The position numbers and the translations under genes were made by a program. From Squalus acanthias (taxonomy: Eukaryota), in contig CM059431.1 of the NCBI GenBank assembly GCA_030390025.1, positions 121,956,001 to 122,020,000 on the forward strand: DNA of 64,000 bases. Reading direction: 5' to 3'. Positions 1 through 11,268 of the stretch are shown here, one piece after another (the first letter of the stretch is position 1; every line of letters begins with the position of its first letter). A model generated the notes under the pieces. The model searched no databases and was not told the DNA's origin. It saw only the letters and a list, made by a program, of their open reading frames with translations.

Positions 1-338
1 TGAGGAATGAGTCCCAGGAGTGATAAAACAAATGCCATATCGCCACCAGATGAGTCATTAATCAAGCCATTGGCATGCTGAAGATGCACTTCACGTGCCT
101 GGACAGATCTAGAGGCGCACTTCAGTACGTGCCAGCTAGGGTCTCCAGAATGGTCGTGGTGTGCTGTGCAGCGCGGTTTGGACCTGCAGGAGGAGCAAGG
201 CACAGAGCCTTTTTGGAGGATTCCGAGGAGGAGGAGGAGGAAGACATGGAGGAGGAAGGTGATGCGAGCAATGCACCAGCAGCTGCACACATTGCTGCCT
301 GTGATGCCCAGTATGCCCTGATTATTGCAGGACACTAG
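1..338 (+). pseudogene. Harbinger (HARBI1-like) DDE transposase, C-terminal fragment
   Basis: CLDRSRGALQY motif, also present as CIDRSGGALQY in the copy at 35015-35380; acidic tail followed by AACDAQYALI. Confidence 0.8.
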
Positions 339-419
339 GCAGCATGTTGGGTACTGATTGAGGGTGGCGGGGTGGGGCGGGGGGCGGGGGGGGGGGTGGT
401 GGTCAATGGGTGAGGTGGA

Positions 420-2431
420 AGTGTTTTGAATGGAGTCCCCACTTCCATGTCCCCTTTCACCATCATCCCTCACATGGCCCAACCGCACTTCACTGCTACC
501 ACTGTGCTGGAGAGCACTTTGCTGCAGATGAGTGGGGTGCTGTATGTCAAGATAGGGTATTGGTCATCCTATATAAAGTGGCATCCAAATCTCCAAGCTC
601 TTGTTCAAGGCCTGCATACACTCGTTTGATTGCCGCATTTGATGCTCCGTGCAGTTGCCCACTCTATTGATGGACGAAGGCATCATTGCACTGGCCTGTT
701 ACAGGAACCCACTCATGCTTGAAGCGGACTCCTCCAATCTCCCTGCAATAGTAGACAATATGCTTGGAACGCCTGTCAGTACATCGTACATTCCCTGCTG
801 CTGTTCAATGATTACTTGCTTCATCGATGGCTCCGGGAAACAGCATCTGTGTCCAGCTGAGCAGAGTGTGGAGAAGCCTGTGCCCTCTGACACGGACTCT
901 CCACTGCTGTTGCTGACTGCACCATCTGTTCTTGCTCACTTGAGAAGTGTGAGTCACCAAGTGAAAACACAAGTATCTCTCTAACTAGTCCCACCGAAGT
1001 ACGAGTATCTGAGTTGGTGCATGGTGTGCATGAGTCCTGTGACAGCGCACCCTCAGAGGGATTGAGCTCCTCTGTGGAATCATTGGTGACCTCCACCAAC
1101 TCCTGTTGCACGTGTAAGGGCCCTGTGGGAGAAAAAAAGACATGAATGAGTACTGTCATGCTGAGAATATTGGAAGTTATCATTATGAAAAGGAGTGTGA
1201 TGGAATACTCTCCACTTGCCTGGATGAGTCCAGCTCCAATAACATTCAAGAAGCTCAACACCATCCAGGACAAAGTAGCCCGCTTGATTGGCACCCCATC
1301 CACCACCTTAAACATTCACTCCCTCCACCATCGGCGTATCATGGCTACAGAGTGTACCATCTACAAGATGCACTGCAGCAACTCGCCAAGGCTTCTTCGA
1401 CAGCATCTCCCAAACCCACGACCTCTACCACCTAGAAGGACAAGGGCAGCAGGCACATGGGTACACTACCACCACCAAGTTCCCCTCCAAGTCACACACC
1501 ATCCTGTCTTGGAAATATATCGCCGTTCCTTCATTGTCGCTGGGTCAAAATCCTGAACTCCCTCCCTAACAGCACTATGGGAGTACCTTCACCATACGGA
1601 CTACAGTGGTTCAAGAAGGCGGCTCACCACCACCTTCTCAAGGGCAATTAAGGATTGGGAAATAAATGCTGGCCTTGCCAGTGATGCCCACATTCCATTA
1701 ATGAATTAAAAAAACATGATCATACTTCACTCGCTGTTGACATCAAGTCAATATGACTGAGTGATGTATGACATGTGGCTGCCTGATATTTAATTCTGTT
1801 AGCTGATAGCTGGGAAAGCCCCATTTAAAATGGCCAGGCACGGCGAGACTCTGCTGATCTAAAGCGTCTCCTCCTCTGCACTTATGAGTTGTGAGATCTG
1901 TGGAGGGAAAGAAGAGATCTTTGAGTGAGAGTAATGACATGTGTTCAACCGATGGATGGGGTGCATTTGGTGAGGATGACTTTGAGGGAGAGGCATGCAA
2001 TTGCATACGGATGAGGGTGAATGTCAGTGGTGGATTGATAGATGGGATGTGAGGAAGTGAATAGACAGAGAGGGATGGGTGCACCTAAAAGGTAAGTGGG
2101 TGTGAGGAGTGATGTGCTGGAGTAGGCTTGAGAAGGCAGAGTTGGCGTGATGCACACATCAGGATGTAGGTGAATGTGCAACTCTACTCACCTTTCCTGA
2201 CCTGCTTAGGTCATTAAACCGCTTCCTGCACTGCATCCAGGAACGTGGCACTATGCTCTTGCTGCTAACCTCCAGGGCAAACTCCAACCACGCTTTCTTG
2301 ATTTCTGCCACAGGTTTTCTCCTCTCATTGCTGGGGAATAGTATGTCCCTCCTACTCCTCACAGCCCCCAGGAGCACATCCAGGGAGGCATCCTTGAACC
2401 GGGGTGCAGCATTTGCACGTCTCCCTTCCAT
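420..2431 (-). pseudogene. Harbinger Myb/SANT-like DNA-binding gene, multi-exon, decayed
   Basis: Exon 2431-2192 encodes MEGRRANAAPRFKDASLDVLL...KKAWLEFALEV...RSWMQCRKRFNDL and is followed by AAG|GTGAGT. Polypyrimidine-CAG acceptors occur near 1898 and 1122. The downstream end is approximate. Confidence 0.75.
1184..1714 (+). mobile_element. LINE (CR1/L2-group) 3' fragment inside the Myb gene intron
   Basis: ORF 1146-1556 contains RSVMEYSPLAWMS...KKLNTIQDKVARLI, an RT C-terminal region; ends in ATGAATTAAAAAAA. Confidence 0.7.
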
Positions 2432-2735
2432 TTTTCCCCTTCCTCCTTTCTTCTCCCGAACTCCAACACCTCCAAAGTACATCTTTGGATTGTCCCTTTA
2501 AATACTGGAGTTGAGATCACATCATGTGGGTCTTCATCACGCCTGCTGCCGCTGATTGGATGGGAAACCCAGAAGTAAAATGTTATTGAAGTGGCTGCGT
2601 TAAAAAGCTACTGACAGACATGGCTAACATACCTCCGGGTTTCCCATACGCTATCAGAACCCCCTCCTTCCACACACCCGCCCCCCCCCCCCCCCCCCCC
2701 CGCTCCCAGTGCGTCTGCAGGTTAAGATCGGGGTC

Positions 2736-2845
2736 AGTAACTCTGTTTCTCTCTCCGCAGAGGCTGCCTGACCTGACGAGTGTTTTCCAACATTTTCTGG
2801 TTTTACTTCAGGATTCCAGCATCCGCAATATTTTGCTTTTGCTTT
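2736..2845 (+). repeat. Short interspersed repeat fragment (probably Penelope pLTR-derived)
   Basis: GCTGCCTGACCTGACGAGTGTTTTCCAACATTTTCTG...TCCAGCATCCGCAATATTTTGC resembles a repeat end I recall from chondrichthyan genomes; recognition from memory only. Confidence 0.4.
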
Positions 2846-3362
2846 ACTTTCAACTAGTTGGGGTATCTCTACTTTAAAAATGGCAGCAACCTGCTGTGTC
2901 TCTGGGAAGTCATTATGTTCATCTGAGCCATCTGTCAGTTGAAATGCAGTCATTCAATTTTGAACTCGTAAAGTTGTAGCTTTGCTGTTGGTGCATGCCT
3001 CCTTAAAACACAGCCAATTGTTTGTTTTCATGAGATCCTCCATGGGGCGATTTTAGATGACTCTATCCTGGCAATGGCAGGCTGATAATGTCATTTCTTA
3101 CGTTAAGAACATTGTGGTTGTAGTATGTGAGTGCCACCAATTCTTCAGCCATTATCTCATTCTTTACGAAGGTGCTAAGACTGCTAACATTGTGGTTGCC
3201 TGACTGCTTCAGAGAATTTGCTTAGCTTTCAAAGGAGTGCACATTCCTATAAGACAAAGCCCTTCTACTGCCTTTCAGTTTCCTGTTCACCCGTGCTGCT
3301 GTGTACGGAGTGTGTGTGGAGCTCTATATGCAGCACTTACATATGCCCTATTAGAGACTGTA

Positions 3363-3545
3363 GGGCCAATTCTTCGAATGTGTGCTCTCAGCGGTGAGCA
3401 TCGCCCACCGAGAGTTCATCGCAGTGTTGGTGCGTTTCTCATGATTTGAAATGAATGCACTGAAAATCATTGGGATTGTGTTTGCAATTTCACACTCCTG
3501 TTGAGTGACAGTCCCAGTGGGAGCGTACACTCAAAAGACGAGCCC
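3363..3545. mobile_element. Short fold-back MITE-like element
   Basis: Degenerate inverted ends: GGGCCAATTCTTCGAATGTGTGCTCTCAGCGG versus reverse complement of the right end GGGCTCGTCTTTTGAGTGTACGCTCCCACTGG. Confidence 0.45.
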
Positions 3546-4630
3546 TTGTGTGTCTTTGGTGAGATAAACTGAAAGAACTACAGACACTTTTTGAACTGTC
3601 AACTCAGTTATGTGCAGTGTAAATTGATGATTGTACTGTTTAGCATCTTGCCTCAGTGTTGATTTCAGTGAATCATTTCATTTGCAAATAAGTCTGGACA
3701 GTAGTTTAGTCTGTACAAAGTGATGTGATATGTTCCATCATCTGAATTGAAAAGAGATGTAGTGGGCAGCCTATGTGCTTTCCAGTAACCAATTTATCAT
3801 GGTCAGGGTTAATTGTTAATTGGACTATGCTATTCTCTATAACACCATGGATAAACATACAAGTTTGATTCATAGGAAAGTCTTGCTGTGGGTGAAAACT
3901 GTTGTCAAACAATTTACATGAGAAAAAAAAGTGTTGAGAAAAGCTTGAACCATAATAGCAAATCTATTGCATTGTGCTCTGCAATCTTGTGGTGTTCAGC
4001 TGCCATGTTATTGATCCCTACAGTTATTATTTCGAAGTACAAAGGGTAAAATATTTGTTTTTAGTGCTCCTGGTTTACAGCTTCACACGTCAGGAGTGAA
4101 TAACTAGAATTTGGTTCAAGATTCCCCTCCTCCTCCGCCAAGATTAAATTAATGGATGGAAAATCGTGGGGGCATGTGCCTGAATTCCTAATATACATTC
4201 TCCTGCACAGAGCTATTTGCTGGGAGTGCTAATAATGAAAATGTACCCCTAGAGCACTATAATCCAGCAGGTGTTTGATTTCTGAATGACAACTGAACCT
4301 GTGGAGCAGCTCGGGAAGATGATCCTCCAGCTGCGATGTGTGATACCTCGCTATTTTATAAGCTACAAAATAACTTAACAAAATTGTGTTACTTACTCTT
4401 TCTAAGGCTTGAGACCTGCTTACAACTAGCTCAAGAGTGCATGTCAGCTTACCCGCACAGATTGTAGATTCTGAAGACATTCCATTGTCAAATGACTAAT
4501 AAAGTACTCCTGACAAGCATACACAAATCCTGCCCTTGTCAACATCTAAAGTTGAAAATTTGGCTTCAGTATCAAAGTTCTCCCTACCGTAATTGGAAAA
4601 AAATATACATACAAGACAACTCTGAGATAC

Positions 4631-6052
4631 TGGCTGGAATTTTCACACTGGAGAGCGTGCGGGTTTGGAAGCGGGTCGGTGGTTAAAAGCGCTGAAATTG
4701 ACAGCGCGTGGGGAACCCACCGTCATCCCGTCGAGTTCCGCCTTTCACTGGGGCGAGTATCGAGGCGCGCCACGGACCCGCTCGGGAGAGGCAGGTGACC
4801 TCATTGAGGTTGCTAATTGCTCATCTGCAAACACTTAACTGCCTTTTTACGGTCAGGTTCGAACATTAACTGGTCGCACACGGGATTCACGCACCTCGGG
4901 AACCTCGGAGGGGAGGCGGAAGCTCAGTGGCCATTGTGTGAGTTCATTAAGTGACAGCTGGAAAAAGCACATAATTACACACACCTTACACCTGCTTCCT
5001 TGCCTAAGGGAAAGGCTCTTGCTGACACCATTTTGTGCAGAGACTATGCTGGCAGGAGTTTGCAGATCATTTCTGCAGCCTCGGAAGCCACTCTCACCAC
5101 ATTGCTAGTCACTCTCACTACATTGGAAGATTGGGCCTCTGATTTCTACTTTACGTGCCATCTATTAGATCCGCTTATGCTGTCTTACCTTGGACCTCAG
5201 AGTCGGACCAAAATGAGCCCCAGCACCAACAACACCAGCCACACCAGCAGCAGCAGCAACAACAACAGCAGCAGCAGCAGCAACCACACCAGCAGCCTTC
5301 TCCTCAATGACCTGATGCTCCACAGGAGAGGGGATCAGCACAGGGGTGCACTGCGATGGAGGCGATACCCCCAACACAGGGTATACAGGCAGAGGATGAG
5401 CTTCCTGGACATGACTGGACAGCAGTGCCAAAGGAGGCTCAAGCTATTGCGCCAGGTCATCACAGACATTTGTAGCTTGCTGAAACAAGACCTGCTGCCC
5501 AGAGGACCTGGTGGACTTGCCTTACCAGTGGCTGTCAAAGTCACCACCACCCTCAACTTCACCTCAGGCTCCTTCCAGGAATCTGCAGCAGACATTTGCA
5601 GGATCTCGCAGTCGGCCACCCACAGATGCATCACCCAGGTGACCGATGCCATGTTTCACAAGTCAGACAATTATGTAAACTTTGCCACTGATGAAGCCAG
5701 TGTTACTGAGCGCGCGCTCAGCTTTGCAGCTCTGGCTGGCTTCCCACAGGTGCAGGGCATCATCGACTGCACATATGTGGCCATCAAGGCACCTCCAGAT
5801 CACCCAGGAGTGTTTGTGAACTGCGAGGGCTACCACTCCATCAATGTGCAGCTTGTCTGCAACCGTAAAAAGATCATCATGTATGTGTGCGCCAGATTCC
5901 CTGGCAGCTGTCATGACTCTTTCGTGCTGTGCCAGTCCACCCTCCCTCAGCTCTTCGCACCTCCAAACAGACTTACCAGCTGGCTGCTTGGAGACAAGGG
6001 CTATCCACTGAACACATGGTTGATGACAATCCAAAAGCCCAAGGTGAGCTGA
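4631..6052 (+). mobile_element. Harbinger transposon, left part, 3'-truncated
   Basis: Begins TGGCTGGAATTTTC, similar to the GGGCTGGATTTT TIR at 23686, followed by a transposase ORF. Confidence 0.8.
5000..6052 (+). pseudogene. Harbinger (HARBI1-like) transposase, C-terminally truncated
   Basis: Motifs [39 protein letters not shown] and [10 protein letters not shown]; stops before the third catalytic (E) region. Confidence 0.9.
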
Positions 6053-6330
6053 AAGAGGCATATCTATTCATGTAATTAGTATTAATTTTAAAGTTTTCAA
6101 TGTATTAGCCCATCTCTCATGTCACTATACCAATGGCTGCACAAGCAGCAGCTTTCCTATGGCACTGATGTGCTGTACATCCACATAAGTAATCAGAATA
6201 TTAATCACAGTGCAACCAGACAATCAACAAATATGAAGTGCTGTAGTTCTTTAGTTCACAGTATTAAAAAGAATTGAACAAAAATGGGTATCTGTATTTT
6301 CAACTTCAATCACTTCCATTAATAAACATT

Positions 6331-7083
6331 GGCCCAGAAATTCGCCTCTCCGGCTTGCCGCGGGGGTAAGGATCGCGCGCGCACTTACCTACCGCACCTG
6401 CCGTTGTGTTTTGGGCCCACGGGAACTTCAGCTCCTGGTCCTGCTCCAAGAGCCGGTGCGCAGTGCTTGCGTGTCCCAGGGGCGTAGTTAGCGCGATGCG
6501 TCCCCTGGGATCACGTGGGCCATGGAGAGCCAATGGCAGCAGACCATCTTTCATTCATAGATTTGACAGGAGACCTGTCAAATCTGTGAATTGAAATCGT
6601 CCCCAAAAGAACAGCTAAACTTAAAATATATTTTTTTAAAAACCCATCACATTTATAAAATAACTATAGTTAAATAAATTAACCACTTTAAACAAAAATT
6701 TAAATTTTTGAAAAATTAAAATACTTTTTAAAAGTGATAAAAATAAACTTACCTTTCTTTAAAGTATCTAAAAAAGATAAACCTGTTGAAATTTTTTTTA
6801 AATTATACTTAATTAACCACTTACCTTGTTGAAAACGAGTTTTGCGCCTCCTTTTTAATAGCGTAGTTTCTTCAATACTTACCCTCGCGTAGAAACTTGA
6901 AAAAAAATCTAAGTTTGCTGCGTGCGCGCAGCCTCTACCGCGCACGCGGTTCACCTAGGAACCGCCCCCTTCACCATACCGGAAGTTCCGGTTTCCCGCG
7001 CATGCGCAGTGCATGCAGGAAACCGGCATTTCGGGACGCATTACGGGTGAGTACTCACCCGGGAAGGGCCGAATTTTTGACCC
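6331..7083. mobile_element. MITE (non-autonomous DNA transposon) with AT-rich core and internal hairpin
   Basis: Imperfect TIRs GGCCCAGAAATTCG / CGAATTTTTGACCC; GC-rich arms; 18-bp hairpin at 6553-6591. Confidence 0.65.
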
Positions 7084-8711
7084 GTTGTCTTTTGAACCAG
7101 CACACTCCCCATGTAACATGTCAGAAATGCAGTACTTATTCACAAGTGCAGAAAAACACATAGACACTTTGCGTCACCAAATTAAGAACAAAAAGCAGGA
7201 AAAGCTATGATTTAACAGAAATAAACATTCATCTTTCTTCAAGGACAGGAGAGCCAATCAGACTGACTTGGAAATGATTACTAATATGTTGACGTAAAAA
7301 TGTTAATTTACAAATTTTACTTCTAATGTTTTTCTCTCAAACATTCTCCACAATATTAATCCCTGCTCCTACCATGAAATGTGTCAAATTATTTTTAGGT
7401 ACTTCACAATTAAATAGTGGGAAACAAACTTCAATGTTTTCTCAATTTTTAATCTCCTATTTCAAACATTTATACCAAATCGAAATTGTACATTATCAGT
7501 TTAATTGAAGTATTTTCTGTGTTTTTCTCAATAAACAAATAGTGGTTTCTTCTAAAGTAGCTTCCTACAATTTTTATACATCCTTAAATAACTCTTGTTT
7601 CTATTAACACTCCACTAAACGTTTAAGAGGAAATCTATATTTACATTATTCCTGAGACTTGTTCGGACTATAGAATGACAGATAAAATAAAATGGTTTGT
7701 GTTTTTCCCCTTTATTGGTTTCTTCCTAAACGTCTTAATGATAGCTTTTTAAAAAGTCAATAAAAAGTAATATGTAACTTCTACAAATCCTCCCCTGCCC
7801 TCCTCCACCTCAACAGTATGGTTGCATGTTTGTGTAAAGCTACTCACTTCAGTCGATCGTTCAAAATCAAATATTGAGAAATTTCAATTTTAAAATGTTT
7901 TAAGCAATTCAGAGCCTCTTTAAAAGCATTTGGACTTCAAGACCTGGTTGAAACTTGTTTAGGTGAAGGGAAAAATTGATTTTTGCTTGTTTCTTCCAAA
8001 AATCATATTTGAAACGTAGGGGGGAAAAAGTGTTTTTAACATTCATTTTTTGGGAAAGGTTCATTAAAATCTTTAAATTCTTTCAAGTCTCATTGCAGCT
8101 TTGACAGAAGAAGTTGCTCCAAGTTTCTCTTTCCCTCTTCAACGCTGTCATTAAACATACAACAAAAAAATAATAAAATAAACTCTAATTCCAAACGAAT
8201 TTCTAATAAGAAGTGAGTAATGTGGTTAAACTTCCTAAGAAGGCGGTGAGGTTATCTCTCCCCAGCCTTGGCGATGAGTTGGGATCAGTTTTGGAGAAAT
8301 TGTTTCCTCTTTTTCTGCTGCCGTTCCCTCTGTCTCTCACAGACTCTGAGGTACAAATGAAGGCACAAAATGTTTCCCCTCTCTCATAACATGATTTAAA
8401 TAACCCTGATAAACTCTTTCAAAAAAGGGGACACCTGGCAAAATTTCACTCGCACTTACCGCGGGACATTCATTATCAGTTTCCCGTATTTTTTTCTGGC
8501 TTTAAACAATTTTCCATATTTAAAAAAAAAATGTCAGCGCTGGCCTAAAAATTGTTTGCTTTAGCCTCCTTTCAGCGGCCATTGTATATGTGCTGCGCCT
8601 CCACCTGTGTTGTTCCAAAGTGTGGCCACTGCACAGGCCCCAGGGACGGACTACACGTGCCTGGACCCTCACCCCTCTCCCTCTGTTTCCCTCTCTAGCG
8701 CCCTCTGACCA

Positions 8712-11236
8712 TGTCTCTCGCTCGCTCTCCCTCCAACTGTCTCTGTCTGTCTGTCTCTCTCTGTTTGTCTCTGTCTGTCTCTCTCTTTCTGTCTCTGTCT
8801 CTCTGTCTCTCTCTGTCCCAGTCTCACTCTCTGTCCCAGTCTCACTCTCTGTCCCAGTCTATCTCTCTGTCCCTGTCCCTTTATCTCTGTGTCTGTGTCC
8901 CTCCCTCTGTCCGTCTGTCTCTCTGTCCGTCTCACACTCTCTCTCTGTCCATCTCTCTCTCTCCATGTCCCTGTCTCCCTCTGTCCCTGTCTCTCTCTCT
9001 CTCCACCCCAGTCTCACAATCTCTCCAAGTCTCTCTCTCTCTCTCTCACCGCCCAGTCTCTCTCTCTCTATCCCCAGTCTCTCTCTCTATCCCCAGTCTC
9101 TCTCTCACTGCCAGTCTCTCTCTCTCACCCCATGTATATCTCTCTGTCTCTCCCCTGTCTCTCTCTCTCCCCTGTCTCTCTCTCTCCCAGTCTCTCTCTC
9201 TCCCCTGTCACTCTCTCTCCCCAGTTTCTCTCTCTCACACCCAGACTCTCTCTCCCCAGTCTCTACCTCACCCCAGTCTCTCTCTCTCTCACCCCCAGTC
9301 TCTCTCTCTCTCCCCCAGTCTCTCTCTCTCTCTACCCAGTCTCTCTCTCACTCCCCAGTCTCTCTCTCTTCCCAGTCTCTCTCTCTGTCTCTCTCTCACT
9401 CCCCCAGTCTCTCTCTCTCTCTCCCAGTCTCTCTCTCTCTCCTCTAGTCTCTCTCTCTCTCCGCAGTCTCTCTCTCTGTCTCTCTCTCACTCCCCCAGTC
9501 TCTCTCTCTCTCTCCCAGTCTCTCTCTCTCTCCCCAGTCTCTCTCTCTCTCCGCAGTCTCTCTCTCTCTCTCTTTCCCCCTCAGTCTCTCTCCCCCAGTC
9601 TCTCTCTCTCTCCCCCAGTCTCTCTCTCCCCCAGTCTTCCTCACCCCCAGTCTCTCTCTCACCCCAGTCTCTCTCTCACCCCCAGTCTCTCTCTCTCTCA
9701 CCCCCAGTCTCTCTCTCTCTCTCCCCCAGTCTCTCTGTCCCCCCAGTGTCTGTCTCCCCCAGTCTCTCTCTCTCTCCCCCAGTCTCTCTCTCTCTCTCCC
9801 CCGTCTCTCTCTCTCTCCCCAGTCTCTCTCTCTCCCCAGTCTCTCTCTCTCTTTCTCTCTCACTCTCTCTCTCACCCCCAGTCTCTCTCTCTCTCCCCCA
9901 GTCTCTCTCTCCCTCTCAATCTCCCAGTCTCTTTCTCTCCCAGTCTCTCTGTCCACCAGTCTCTCTCTCTCTCGCTCTCCCCAGTCTCTCTCTCCCATAG
10001 TCTCTCTCTCGCTCCCCCAGTCGCTCTCTCTCTCTCTCACCCCGTCTCTCTCTCTCTCTCCCCTAGTCTCTCTCTCTCCCCCAGTCTCTCTCTCTCTCTC
10101 CCCCAGTCTCTCTGTTACCCCAGTCTCTCCCACCCCCAGTCTCTCTCTCTCTCCCCCAGTCTCTCTCTCACCCCCAGTCTCTCTCACCCCAGTCCCTCTC
10201 TCTCACCCCAGTCTCTCTCTCTCTCCCAGTCTCTCTCTACCCCAGTCTCTCTCTCTCTCTCCCCCCCAGTTGCTCTCTCTCTCATCTCCCCTAGTCTCTC
10301 TCTCTCTCCCCCAGTTTCTCTCTCCCCTAGTCTCTCTCTCTCTCCCCCAGTCTCTCTCGCTCTCCCCCAGTCTCTCTCTCTCTCTGTCTCTCTCCCAGTC
10401 TCTCTCTCCCCCAGTCTCTCTCTCTCTCTCCCCCCCAGTTGCTCTCTCTCTCTCCCCCGTCTCTCTCTCTCTCCCCAGTCTCTCTCTCTCCCCAGTCTCT
10501 CTCTCTCTTTCTCTCTCACTCTCTCTCTCACCCCCAGTCTCTCTCTCTCTCCCCCAGTCTCTCTCTCTCTCTCAATCTCCCAGTCTCTTTCTCTCCCAGT
10601 CTCTCTGTCCACCAGTCTCTCTCTCTCTCGCTCTCCCCCAGTCTCTCTCTCCCCTTGTCTCTCTCTCGCTCCCCCAGTCGCTCTCTCTCTCTCTCACCCC
10701 GTCTCTCTCTCTCTCTCCCCTAGTCTCTCTCTCTCCCCCAAAGTCTCTCTCTCTCTCTCCCCCAGTCTCTGTGTTACCCCAGTCTCTCCCACCCCCAGTC
10801 TCTCTCTCTCTCCCCCAGTCTCTCTCTCACCCCCAGTCTCTCTCACCCCAGTCCCTCTCTCTCACCCCAGTCTCTCTCTCTCTCCCAGTCTCTCTCTACC
10901 CCAGTCTCTCTCTCTCTCTCCCCCCCAGTTGCTCTCTCTCTCATCTCCCCTAGTCTCTCTCTCTCTCCCCCAGTTTCTCTCTCCCCTAGTCTCTCTCTCT
11001 CTCCCCCAGTCTCTCTCGCTCTCCCCCAGTCTCTCTCTCTCTCTGTCTCTCTCCCAGTCTCTCTCTCCCCCAGTCTCTCTCTCTCTCTCCCCCCCAGTTG
11101 CTCTCTCTCTCATCTCCCCTAGTCTCTCTCTCTCTCCCCCAGTTTCTCTCTCCCCTAGTCTCTCTCTCGCTCCCCCGTCGCTCTCTCTCTCTCTCACCCC
11201 GTCTCTCTCTCTCTCTCCCCCAGTCTCTCTCTCCCT

Positions 11237-11268
<32 letters not shown>

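Larger units (their letters stand above)
1..2735. mobile_element. PIF/Harbinger DNA transposon, right part (transposase 3' end on +, convergent Myb/SANT gene on -)
   Basis: ORF 75-338 (MLKMHFTCLDRSRGALQY...VVVCC, acidic tail) matches the Harbinger transposase C-terminus. A Myb/SANT exon lies on the minus strand. A GC-rich subterminal region ends near 2735; that boundary is approximate. Confidence 0.8.

Noticed and set aside
4229..4480. Possible host exon on minus (YKIARYHTSQLEDHLPELLH after TTTTGTAG)
   Set aside because: Weak donor, no recognisable protein and no partner exons.
5000..6052. Domesticated HARBI1 host gene
   Set aside because: Truncated, preceded by a transposon terminus, and several decayed relatives occur in the same window.
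7200..8520. AT-rich segment that could be a decayed gene or transposase
   Set aside because: No sustained frame or recognisable motif; needs BLASTx.
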